Shown here piece after piece: positions 36,830 to 45,263 of a DNA stretch of 64,000 bases (position 1 is the first letter of the stretch; every line of letters starts with the position of its first letter). Below the pieces are notes generated by a model. That model worked only from the letters and a program-made list of their open reading frames with translations, did no database searches and was not told where the DNA came from. The translations under genes and the position numbers were made by a program. Source of the DNA: Bdellovibrionales bacterium (GTDB lineage: Bacteria; Bdellovibrionota; Bdellovibrionia; Bdellovibrionales; DASUEL01); contig JBFWOZ010000006.1 of the NCBI GenBank assembly GCA_050250255.1, positions 20,226 to 84,225 on the forward strand, in the 5' to 3' direction.

Positions 36830-37204
36830 ATGGTTCACCTAGTGATCGTTTCGGAATTCACCCGAAAAGTGATGGATCAAATCCGCAAAATCCCTAAGGG
36901 GAAAGTCGCCACCTATAAACAAATTGCTGAACTTGCCAAGAAACCGTATGCCTCAAGAGGGGTTTCCTGGATTCTGCACTCCTGCTCCACAACTTACAAA
37001 CTCCCTTGGCATCGCGTGATCAATTCTCAAGGAAAAATTTCTTTTGAGAAAGGAACATATAATTTTCGCCAGCAAAAAAAGAAACTCGAGCAAGAAGGCG
37101 TTCTCCTTTCGACAGAGGGTCAACTGATTTTAAAGAAGTTTCAGTGGAAAAAACGTATCCCTAAGACAAGAAAAAAGAGCGGTTCTCCGAGTATGTTTCG
37201 TTAG
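36830..37204 (+). CDS. Alkyltransferase-like (ATL/YbaZ-type) MGMT-family DNA-binding protein lacking the acceptor Cys
   Basis: IPKGKVATYKQIAELA...LPWHRVINSQGKIS. The active-site PCHRV motif is replaced by PWHRV, as in ATL proteins. Confidence 0.75.
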   Translation: MVHLVIVSEFTRKVMDQIRKIPKGKVATYKQIAELAKKPYASRGVSWILHSCSTTYKLPWHRVINSQGKISFEKGTYNFRQQKKKLEQEGVLLSTEGQLILKKFQWKKRIPKTRKKSGSPSMFR

Positions 37205-37240
37205 CTCGGTGGAACTTATCTTGCAATATTTAGCTCGATT

Positions 37241-38104
37241 ATGAAAACTCTTCGCTCAATACTGTATAAAATCTCACAGCACGATATTTTGACTCACTCC
37301 GCGGCGCTGGCTCTATATACTGCGTTCTCTTTAGCCCCATTAATTATTTTGATGCTCTCAATTCTTGCAACTCTGCAACTTGACTTACAAATTCAACTTT
37401 TAGCAAACGTTCAACAGCTAATGGGAACTGAAGCGGCTTCGGTACTCGATACGATTATTAAAAAATCTGAGGCGCGGGCTGATTTGTCATCCCTTGCGGG
37501 CTGGGTTGGCGTGATTACGCTACTTTTTTCAGCAAGTGCTATTTTTGCGCAACTGCAAAATGCGATGAACGTTATTTTTGAATCCACCCCAGATACTCCA
37601 GCCAATATAAAATGGTATCATGAGGTTCGTCATATTGTTTTAAAGCGCATTGCTTCTTTTGGAATGGTTCTTTCTTTTGTGTTCTTATCCATTGTTTCGC
37701 TGGTGATTTCCTCTGCCCTTTCTTTTTTATTTTTAAATAATATTGGTCGCCTCGGCGAAATCATCAATTTTAGTCTCAATCTCCTTGTTTTTACTCTTCT
37801 TTTTGGTGCCCTCTTTAAATGGATACCAGATAAAAGTATTCCCACAAAGTCGGCATTTGAGGGTGGTTTGCTCACCGCCCTCCTCTTCGTCATTGGAAAA
37901 GGAGTTATTGGTTTATATTTGGGTCAGACAGCCGTGGGCTCTGCCTATGGTGCGGCGGGGTCTTTGATTGTACTTTTGGTTTGGGTTTATTATTCATCTT
38001 TAATTGTATTTTTTGGAGCCGAGATTTGTGCTAAAAGAGCTTCATCGCAAAAAACTAAACTTAACTTGTTTTGGCTGAGAAACCATGTTAGCCCATCAAC
38101 CTAA
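37241..38104 (+). CDS. YihY/BrkB-family membrane protein
   Basis: LTHSAALALYTAFSLAPLIILMLSI and the C-terminal VWVYYSSLIVFFGAEI. Confidence 0.85.
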   Translation: MKTLRSILYKISQHDILTHSAALALYTAFSLAPLIILMLSILATLQLDLQIQLLANVQQLMGTEAASVLDTIIKKSEARADLSSLAGWVGVITLLFSASAIFAQLQNAMNVIFESTPDTPANIKWYHEVRHIVLKRIASFGMVLSFVFLSIVSLVISSALSFLFLNNIGRLGEIINFSLNLLVFTLLFGALFKWIPDKSIPTKSAFEGGLLTALLFVIGKGVIGLYLGQTAVGSAYGAAGSLIVLLVWVYYSSLIVFFGAEICAKRASSQKTKLNLFWLRNHVSPST

Positions 38105-40318
38105 ATGAAGAGACCACCTTTCACTCCAGAAGTTAGCTTTGAGCAATTGACGCGGGCGAACAAAGAGCTTTCACGGCTAGTGGCCGAAAAAGATGCAGTG
38201 GCAGAACGCCTTCGGGAGTCTCAGAGCTTTCTGGATTCCGTTATCGAGCACCTTCCCAATATGATTTTTGTGAAAGACGCTCTGGAGCTCCGCTTTGTAC
38301 GCTTCAATAAAGCGGGTGAGGAGCTTTTAGGACAAGCTCGAGAGAATTTGATCGGAAAAAATGATTATGATCTTTTTCCAAAAGATCAGGCCGACTTCTT
38401 CACTGAAAAAGACCGGACCGTCCTGATGGATAAAATCGTCGTCGATATTCCCGAAGAGTCTATTTCGACGCCTAAGGGCACCCGCATTCTCCATACTCGC
38501 AAAATTCCGTTGTTCGATAAAAACGGTGTTCCACAGTACCTTTTAGGGATTTCTGAAGACATCACTGAGAAAAAAGAGAGCGAACTCCAAAAACTCGAAC
38601 TCCTCCAGTCAGAACTTGCTCGTCAGGAGGCAGAAAGAAGCGCCTCACGCCTTTCCTTTTTGGCCGAAGCCAGCGCTGCCCTTAATGAATCTCTAGAAAC
38701 AGAATACATGTTAAGCACGTTTGCCAATTCACTGATTCAGAACATGGCGGGCTGGTGCCTTATCGATATTTACTCTGCAAAAGATCAAACCATAAAGCGA
38801 CTCGCTACGTGGAAGACGGAGGTTCATTTTTCGCCAATTCCACCACACAGTTTTTTAAAACATAAAATTGATAAATTAACGACCGGTGGTGTTCTCGACG
38901 TTCTTCAAACAGGTCAACCCAAGCTTTACAAAACGCTCTCTTCTAAACTTCTCCGACAACTCACTTTTAACAATGCCTCACTGAATGAAGCCATATTGAA
39001 AAAGAAGATTCCATCCGCTATTATTGTTCCATTAATTTATCATGGCTCAACCCTTGGAGCGATCACGCTCTTCTCACAAGATTCGGAACATATTTATAAT
39101 GAACTTGATCTTTCCATTGCTCAAGATTTGGCTCGCAGGGCATCTCTGGCGATTGAAAATACCAAACTATATGCTCGCGCCAATGAGGCGAGTCGGGCGA
39201 AGAGTGCGTTTTTAGCAAACATCAGCCACGAAATCCGCACTCCTTTAAGTGCGATGCTTGGTTTTGCAGAACTCGCGCTCGACAATGATCGTCCCATGGC
39301 AGAACAAAAACGGTACGTTTCAAAAATTGTTGAGAATGGAACGCAACTGCTTCAACTCGTAAACGAGGTGTTAGATCTGTCGAAAGTAGAATCCTCTCAA
39401 CTACAAGTTGAAAAAATTGAATTTTCGCTTTCTAAACTTCTTGACGATGTCACGTCCCTCTTGCAAGTGAAGGCGAACGAGAAAGGTTTGCACTTAATGA
39501 TTGAGGGAGACTCGACTCTTCCAAACAGCATTATTTCAGACCCCTTTCGTATTCGACAAATTCTTATTAACGTTATTGGAAACGCCGTTAAGTTCACATC
39601 TAAAGGCTCTGTTCACGTCTCGGTCATGTTTCAAACCGAAAGCGCCTCGAAAGGAACGCTTGTTTTTTCTGTACAGGATACCGGCATTGGCATCGCACCC
39701 ATGGAGGCAGAAAAACTTTTCGAACCTTTTCGTCAGGCAGATGAGTCTGTGGCACGCAAATATGGGGGCACGGGCCTTGGACTGTTTCTCTCACGAAAAC
39801 TCTCACGGCTCCTCGGAGGAGATCTCAGCTTAGAGTTAAGTGTGCCTCAACAAGGATCTAAATTTAAGCTTACACTTCCGGTGGAATATTCAACAAAACG
39901 AGCACCTGGAATCCCACCTCAAGATTTGCAGAAACATCCTTGCGATATACAGTCCCTTTCAGGAAAAATTCTTGTCGTTGAAGATTCCCTAGATAATCAG
40001 CTTCTCGTGAAAGCTTTTTTGGAGAAAACAGAAGTTTCTATTGATTTTGCAAACAATGGAAACGAAGGACTTTCAAAAGCTTTAGCCAATCATTACGATA
40101 TCGTAATGATGGACATACAAATGCCAGAAATGGACGGCTTTGAAGCTGTGAAACGGCTACGCGATTTAGGTTATCAAGGATGTGTCGTCGCTTTGACTGC
40201 ACACGGAATGAAAGGCGATCGAGAGCGCTGTTTAGAGCAGGGCTTTGATGATTATATCTGCAAGCCTTTTAGCCGTAGCATGCTGACGAACTTTGTAAAT
40301 CAACATCTCCTCAATTAG
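38105..40318 (+). CDS. Hybrid sensor histidine kinase (PAS + GAF-like + HisKA + HATPase_c + REC)
   Basis: PAS: VIEHLPNMIFVKDALELRFVRFNKAGEELLG. H-box: FLANISHEIRTPLSAMLGF. G-box: GGTGLGLFLSRKL. REC: ILVVEDSLDNQ...MDIQMPEMDG...CKPF. The ATG directly follows the yihY stop. Confidence 0.9.
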   Translation: MKRPPFTPEVSFEQLTRANKELSRLVAEKDAVAERLRESQSFLDSVIEHLPNMIFVKDALELRFVRFNKAGEELLGQARENLIGKNDYDLFPKDQADFFTEKDRTVLMDKIVVDIPEESISTPKGTRILHTRKIPLFDKNGVPQYLLGISEDITEKKESELQKLELLQSELARQEAERSASRLSFLAEASAALNESLETEYMLSTFANSLIQNMAGWCLIDIYSAKDQTIKRLATWKTEVHFSPIPPHSFLKHKIDKLTTGGVLDVLQTGQPKLYKTLSSKLLRQLTFNNASLNEAILKKKIPSAIIVPLIYHGSTLGAITLFSQDSEHIYNELDLSIAQDLARRASLAIENTKLYARANEASRAKSAFLANISHEIRTPLSAMLGFAELALDNDRPMAEQKRYVSKIVENGTQLLQLVNEVLDLSKVESSQLQVEKIEFSLSKLLDDVTSLLQVKANEKGLHLMIEGDSTLPNSIISDPFRIRQILINVIGNAVKFTSKGSVHVSVMFQTESASKGTLVFSVQDTGIGIAPMEAEKLFEPFRQADESVARKYGGTGLGLFLSRKLSRLLGGDLSLELSVPQQGSKFKLTLPVEYSTKRAPGIPPQDLQKHPCDIQSLSGKILVVEDSLDNQLLVKAFLEKTEVSIDFANNGNEGLSKALANHYDIVMMDIQMPEMDGFEAVKRLRDLGYQGCVVALTAHGMKGDRERCLEQGFDDYICKPFSRSMLTNFVNQHLLN

Positions 40319-40452
40319 TCTTCGTCCCTAAATCCCTTTTTTGTTCATAAATCCCTTTTTACCCCTGCCCCTCTGCGAGGAAGGTCGGTATTTTCTTTTT
40401 AAGAGCGGTATGTAATGTGCTTCATTTTAAAAAAAAAGAGGGAGGCTTTGCC

Positions 40453-40758
40453 ATGCAACAACAGTCAATCCATTCACAAAAAACTTATAAAACAACAAAC
40501 TTAGCTGCAGCTTGTGATAACTGCGGCAACTTCTATAAGAATTCATTTCGTGTCCTTATGCAAAATGAGGAATTTATTTTTGACAGCTTTGAATGTGCCA
40601 TCAATAAACTAGCACCGCGCTGTGAACATTGTAATTCGCGAATTATTGGTCACGGAGTAGAGACGCACTTTGATGGCGCTGATCATATATTTTGTTGCGG
40701 ACACTGTGCAGATTCTATGGAAACGTCAGACGTTGTAGATAAATCCTGGGAAGAGTAA
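40453..40758 (+). CDS. Small Cys-rich hypothetical protein
   Basis: Strong SD AGAGGGAGG lies 7-8 nt upstream of ATG 40453. Cys pattern: CDNC...C...CEHC...FCCGHC. Confidence 0.6.
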   Translation: MQQQSIHSQKTYKTTNLAAACDNCGNFYKNSFRVLMQNEEFIFDSFECAINKLAPRCEHCNSRIIGHGVETHFDGADHIFCCGHCADSMETSDVVDKSWEE

Positions 40759-40771
40759 CCCCCCAGGATTT
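40741..40771. terminator. 10-bp inverted repeat (AAATCCTGGG / CCCAGGATTT, 11-nt loop) between convergent genes. It is a possible bidirectional terminator.
   Basis: Read directly. It overlaps the stop codon of 40453..40758. The U-tracts are weak. Confidence 0.35.
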
Positions 40772-40782
40772 TGAATTGTGAA

Positions 40783-40911
40783 TCAATGTCCACGAATAAG
40801 AAAAATGAGAAACAAAACACTCGCTGGCACACCAAGGAGCCAGGCAATCAAATAACCAATGCGTCCTTCAATATTGGATAATCTTTGTAACAATTTATTG
40901 TTTTTATCCAT
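40783..40911 (-). CDS. Unlisted 42-aa small membrane protein
   Basis: Manual translation: MDKNNKLLQRLSNIEGRIGYLIAWLLGVPASVLFLIFLIRGH. The ATG at 40909..40911 has GGAGGGA 4-5 nt upstream. It falls below the track's size cutoff. Confidence 0.5.
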   Translation of the reverse strand: MDKNNKLLQRLSNIEGRIGYLIAWLLGVPASVLFLIFLIRGH

Positions 40912-41040
40912 TTTTCCCTCCAAACCTAATGAGTGAACTAGCAACATAAATGCCGACGCGTATCACGTTCAAAGGCCCATTTTAAACGCCTTGCAGCGTT
41001 TTTATGGGACAAAAAGGTACTTCGCATTGGCTAAAATCCC

Positions 41041-41502
41041 CTACCTTGTAGGTGTCACCGTTGGCCCAACACTCAGTTTGTTTTCTACAGCCGTCACGCC
41101 GTTCATTGTGCGTGCGCGTTCAAGAATTCGGTCAGCCTCGCTTTGCGAGTTAACAACTCCCTCAATAATCACACGACCACCGGTACTAGTAATGTTCACG
41201 TTATTTAAATTGTCCGTAGGGACGTTTGTTCTTAGGTCCTGCATGACTCGTCGGTTGAGTGCTGTATCTTCGGGTGTTGGCACATACACGTGGGATGTCT
41301 GCGGGGGCGGCACCACTTGAGGAAACGGTGTCTGCGGTGTTGAAAGTGTTTGTGGCACCGTCTGAATACCTTGAGACGGTGTTGTCTGCAGATTATTTTG
41401 TGTGTTCTGCGCTACCTGACGTGTTTCTGTTTTTGCCATGAGTGACGAGCTGAACATCAATACACTTCCAAGAGCGAAGAAAAAGTTTTTTTTATTAATC
41501 AT
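41041..41502 (-). CDS. Secreted BON-domain protein (OsmY-like)
   Basis: A signal peptide is followed by a Q/P/T-rich linker and then NVNITSTGGRVIIEGVVNSQSEADRILERARTMNGVTAVENKLSV. Confidence 0.8.
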   Translation of the reverse strand: MINKKNFFFALGSVLMFSSSLMAKTETRQVAQNTQNNLQTTPSQGIQTVPQTLSTPQTPFPQVVPPPQTSHVYVPTPEDTALNRRVMQDLRTNVPTDNLNNVNITSTGGRVIIEGVVNSQSEADRILERARTMNGVTAVENKLSVGPTVTPTR

Positions 41503-41711
41503 ATATTTCTGTCCTTTCTATACAAGATTCATAATCTTCAATGCAAAAAGTGTGATCATCAAAATCAGACGTGGAAGAACTCCACTCCTGTTTTGTTTTG
41601 GGACTTTTTTCCTTATTTTCTATTGTGGTTTGTACGCCTTTTATCTCTCAATCTCAGAGGTTTTGGTCTTTGCCTTGCACATCTCTGCTGTATAACTGAA
41701 AAGGAGATTTC

Positions 41712-42317
41712 ATGACTCAAACAAGTTCAAAAAAATTAATTATTGGGGCTGTGCTTCTGCTTGCACTGTTTTTAATTGTTCTTTCAATGCCTCGAGCAAA
41801 TGCTCAGGGAACATCTGAAACTGTATTCCCATCACCTCGTGCTGTTGAAGCTAACGAATGGCAACCTCATTTTGGTGTACGTGGTGGTTACTCAAATCCA
41901 GACGATAATTTTAATGGAGCCGCAGAGTACGGACTTGAAGCTGGATTTCAGCCTTACGTTCCGTTCGGCGTAGGTCTTGAGTTTACGCGTTCTGTTTCTG
42001 AAAGTTCGGTTTCAAAGCCTGACCTTGAAAGAACAGCGGTTCTCGCAAAAGGAACTTATAACTTTGGAGGAACGCTTCCTATTATTCGAACCAGTTTCCT
42101 GGGATTGGGTTTAGGACCGGTGTTCGATCACAACGACAACAAGGATTCAACACGTCTTGGATTCAACTTACTCGGTGGATTTGATATCCCTCTAGATGAA
42201 CAGATGGGTCTTGGACCAAACAGCTTTTCTCTTGGAGCCGTGGCGAACTACTTATTTGTAAGTACCGATGGACCAGATACTCTTGGTCTCAACGGCACAC
42301 TAAAATATTGGTTCTAA
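41712..42317 (+). CDS. Outer-membrane beta-barrel protein (OmpA_membrane/OmpW-like small barrel)
   Basis: SD AAGGAGA. A signal peptide is present, the segments are Gly/aromatic-rich and alternating, and the C-terminus is LKYWF. Confidence 0.7.
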   Translation: MTQTSSKKLIIGAVLLLALFLIVLSMPRANAQGTSETVFPSPRAVEANEWQPHFGVRGGYSNPDDNFNGAAEYGLEAGFQPYVPFGVGLEFTRSVSESSVSKPDLERTAVLAKGTYNFGGTLPIIRTSFLGLGLGPVFDHNDNKDSTRLGFNLLGGFDIPLDEQMGLGPNSFSLGAVANYLFVSTDGPDTLGLNGTLKYWF

Positions 42318-42333
42318 TCTAAAAAGAAATTTA

Positions 42334-42870
42334 TTAAGCCCAACGGAGAAATTCGTTGGGCTTTTCTCTTTCTTCCATGACCGTCTCCCAAACAGCAGAT
42401 TCATTTAAAGTGTTGATTTCTTGAGCGCCTGTTCTTTCTAAAACATTTTTAGCTAAAACAGTTTGCTGAGATCCTTCCGTGTGCACCGAAACAAGAATGC
42501 CACCACCCTTTACGTAGTGACCATATCTTCGTGACACGCGTTCGGGAGTACCAATACCTACGAGAGTACCGCTAACACCCCCATAGATTCCGCCAAACGC
42601 TGCTCCTACAAGCGCGTAAGCGAAAACGCCCGTGACCATAAAGGTTAGGCCACCAACAAGAATGATCCCCAGCGCTCCACCAATCAATAAACCTTCTTTA
42701 ATAAGATTGATTTCACGGTAAGCCATGTCCTGGTTTTTTTTTGCATTTTTAGGGAACAATACAGAAATCTCAGAAGAGCCAAATCCCATTCTTCTTAATG
42801 CGTGAAGAGCTTTCTTTAGTTCTTCTGTGTTACTATATATTCCAAATGCTGCTGTATTTGTATTTTCCAT
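42334..42870 (-). CDS. General-stress-type membrane protein (YflT/DUF1269-like, Gly-zipper TM)
   Basis: I chose the start at ATG 42870 (MENTNTAAFGIYSNTEELKKALHALRRMGF). Gly-rich TM region: GGALGIILVGGLTFMVTGVFAYALVGAAFGGIYGGVSG. The family assignment comes from memory. Confidence 0.55.
   Translation of the reverse strand: MENTNTAAFGIYSNTEELKKALHALRRMGFGSSEISVLFPKNAKKNQDMAYREINLIKEGLLIGGALGIILVGGLTFMVTGVFAYALVGAAFGGIYGGVSGTLVGIGTPERVSRRYGHYVKGGGILVSVHTEGSQQTVLAKNVLERTGAQEINTLNESAVWETVMEEREKPNEFLRWA
42336..42372 (+). terminator. Intrinsic terminator of the OMP gene (AAGCCCAACG-N8-CGTTGGGCTT followed by TTCTCTTTC)
   Basis: A perfect 10-bp stem read directly. It lies inside the last codons of the convergent minus-strand ORF. 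Confidence 0.55.
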
Positions 42871-43142
42871 AGATAGTGGTAAGAGCAGCATCCGTGCCAA
42901 AATGAAAATGAAATAAAGTGCACAAAGCCCGCCTACTTCAGTATTTCGAGGCTTTTTTCCACGCTCGATTTTTTTGCTCAAAGACTTAATGAAACTGACC
43001 GTGGTCTTTCCCTTGCATCCCAACTGTGTGGAGTTGCGATTCTTGCTACAGATGGGTTTGAAGAGTCGGAATTACTTGAGCCTAAGTCAGCTCTCACAAC
43101 AAGCCGTATCCCGGAATGCGGCCAATTAAAAAGGAGTTTAAT

Positions 43143-43388
43143 ATGAAAAAAAGAAGCACAAGTAAACAGATCGGTACAGAAAATTCTGAACACCACGGAC
43201 AACCCAAGGATGTTGAACGTCGTTTTAATACACAGCCTTCTCGGGCTGATGAAGAAGATTTTTCTCGATATGCAAGTGGTGGCGACTATGTCCCCCTCGA
43301 GGATGAAGATTTAAATGAAAGAGCACCCGCAAGTGATAAAAAACGCTTCCACCGAACGGGTCAACCCTATCGATCTCAACACAATTAG
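43143..43388 (+). CDS. Small hydrophilic hypothetical protein
   Basis: SD AAAGGAG lies 6 nt upstream of ATG 43143. A strong terminator follows the gene. Confidence 0.5.
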   Translation: MKKRSTSKQIGTENSEHHGQPKDVERRFNTQPSRADEEDFSRYASGGDYVPLEDEDLNERAPASDKKRFHRTGQPYRSQHN

Positions 43389-43401
43389 AACCCATTTCAT
43401 A

Positions 43402-43428
43402 AAAAGGCGATGGGAACCATCGCCTTTT
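43402..43428. terminator. Bidirectional intrinsic terminator (AAAAGGCGATGG-gaa-CCATCGCCTTTT)
   Basis: Perfect 12-bp stem with a 3-nt loop, and A/T runs on both sides. It sits between the convergent genes 43143..43388 (+) and 43454..43729 (-). Confidence 0.75.
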
Positions 43429-43453
43429 ACTTTCTGTAGTACCAAAAAAAGAA

Positions 43454-43729
43454 TTAGTCCTTTTTCAAATCATCAACTTTGTCTTTGATTTCATCTTGTG
43501 CCTCTTCCACTTTATGCTTTACTTTGTTTTTAGCACACTCCAATTTTCCATTCACCATCTCACACGCCTTATCTTTTACCTTATGATACGCTTGTTTAGC
43601 ATTTTTCTTCGCATCTCGACCTGCCTCTTTAACAGTTTCTTTCACAGAGTCTTGAGCAAATGCTGATGATGCGGCTAAAAGAGCCATGGCGAGAGACAAC
43701 GCTAGGGTGTTTATGATTTTTTTCATCAA
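43454..43729 (-). CDS. Small secreted Lys-rich protein
   Basis: Signal peptide MMKKIINTLALSLAMALLAASSAFA, followed by a K/E/D-rich helix-like sequence with two Cys residues. Confidence 0.6.
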   Translation of the reverse strand: MMKKIINTLALSLAMALLAASSAFAQDSVKETVKEAGRDAKKNAKQAYHKVKDKACEMVNGKLECAKNKVKHKVEEAQDEIKDKVDDLKKD

Positions 43730-43873
43730 TACCTTCTTTCTTTATTTTGGTTATTGAACGATGTGAAGTTACTGCAAGTTACAAACCAAGTGAAAACTGC
43801 GGTTTTTTTATATCCTGTCGGGCGAATTGCCTCGTGGCACCCTTCCTGCACAATTTAGAATAAGGAGGCTAGT

Positions 43874-44317
43874 ATGGAAACCGGCACTGTTGGCTACAAT
43901 GAAAAGAAGAAAATTTATTCCTTTAAAAAAGCATCCATTAAGCAATTCTTTGATATTTTTAAAGCCGCACTTACGGAGGGCGATCCTCAGGTCCTCTCTC
44001 AACTCTTTGCTACACCCTGTTTTGTCTTGGGAGATGAAATGACTCGAGTTGTACAATCACCTCAAGAAGTTTTGGAGTTTTTTGGGGGCGCCAAAGAAGA
44101 GTATAACAAAATGGGCATCACCGAGACTCGAGCGGATATTGAAGGTACCGACTGGATAACCGAAAAAATTGTCATTGTGGAAGTTCGATGGCCCCATCTT
44201 GATAAACAGGGAAAAGAGCACGGCTCTGAGGCATCCTCTTATATTTTAAGACTCGATGGCAACGGAGATTTAAAAATTCAAGCGGTCGTCATGCACGGAG
44301 TTTCTACATCCCATTAG
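43874..44317 (+). CDS. Hypothetical protein (NTF2/SnoaL-like fold suspected)
   Basis: SD AAGGAGG lies upstream. The size and pattern are reminiscent of DUF4440/SnoaL, but the evidence is weak. Confidence 0.45.
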   Translation: METGTVGYNEKKKIYSFKKASIKQFFDIFKAALTEGDPQVLSQLFATPCFVLGDEMTRVVQSPQEVLEFFGGAKEEYNKMGITETRADIEGTDWITEKIVIVEVRWPHLDKQGKEHGSEASSYILRLDGNGDLKIQAVVMHGVSTSH

Positions 44318-44429
44318 TGGAATAATGGGGCACATATAATTACGTGGGGATTTTCTCCTCGTTCATTTTTATCTTTTTCATTTTTATTGCATTTAAATAT
44401 TGGCAATGGTTTTGCTTCTATACATCTGA

Positions 44430-45263
44430 ATGTTAGAAGACGTTCAAGCTTCAAAACATTTGTACGCTCCCGCTGAGTTTCTCGAAACTCCCACACTTTT
44501 GAGTGTCAACACCCAATGCGCTCCCTTTGGATCTGCTTATGAGGTGACTCGCATTTCTCAGGATATTCAAAATTTCGTCGGACAAAAAAATTATCCTTGT
44601 GTGGCCGCTATTCAATCCACATTTCGCAAAGACTTTCGAGTTGGTGTTTATCGTGACTTCGGCTTTGGTTCTTCTTGGAGCGCCTTAAGGAATGATCTTC
44701 AATACTTTTTAAGAGAACAGCAACGATCGGGATCTGCCTACCTCACTTTTTGGGCTGTGTACTTGGATACCCATGAAGCGACCGAAAAAGATTTCGAAAA
44801 CGCTCTCTGGAACGAACTTTCTTCGCTCACCTCAGAAGAAGATCGAGAAGCCGATTGGTCAGATAAAACAAGAGTGGATCCTAAAAATAAATCTTTTCAC
44901 TTTTGCCTCGATGGTACCTCTTTTTTTGTTGTAGGACTTCATCCTAATAGCTCACGCAAAGCCTGCCGTTTTCCACATCATGCACTCGTTTTCAACGTCT
45001 TTTCTCAATTTGAAAGTTTAAAGGCAAGCGGAAGCTTTGATCCTCTCGTTCAAAAAATTCGCGAGCGTGACCTTGTTTTTGACGGATCTGTAAACCCGGT
45101 CGCCGCCCAACATGCAGAGGTTTGGGAGTCTATTCAATTTTCAGGTAAAAACAACCCTTCAGACTGGCAGTGTCCTTTTCAATTTAGGAAGAAAAAAGAC
45201 AAACCTCCAAGTCGTTTTTGGAGTCATAAAAATGGCACGCCACAAGCAAAACCGGTGGCGTAA
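44430..45263 (+). CDS. YqcI/YcgG-family protein
   Basis: FVGQKNYPCVAAIQS...SFHFCLDGTSFFVVGLHPNSSRKACRFPHHALVFN matches my memory of the YqcI/YcgG signature. Confidence 0.75.
   Translation: MLEDVQASKHLYAPAEFLETPTLLSVNTQCAPFGSAYEVTRISQDIQNFVGQKNYPCVAAIQSTFRKDFRVGVYRDFGFGSSWSALRNDLQYFLREQQRSGSAYLTFWAVYLDTHEATEKDFENALWNELSSLTSEEDREADWSDKTRVDPKNKSFHFCLDGTSFFVVGLHPNSSRKACRFPHHALVFNVFSQFESLKASGSFDPLVQKIRERDLVFDGSVNPVAAQHAEVWESIQFSGKNNPSDWQCPFQFRKKKDKPPSRFWSHKNGTPQAKPVA

Noticed and set aside
36744-36842. 32-codon ORF MNQLWIEPVGNIIIARVRGVPTEVPAALRWFT upstream of and overlapping the ATL start. It is reminiscent of the first strand of a STAS/anti-sigma-antagonist domain.
   Set aside because: It is too short, has no SD, and the resemblance is vague. 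At most it could be a gene remnant, and I cannot support it as a feature.
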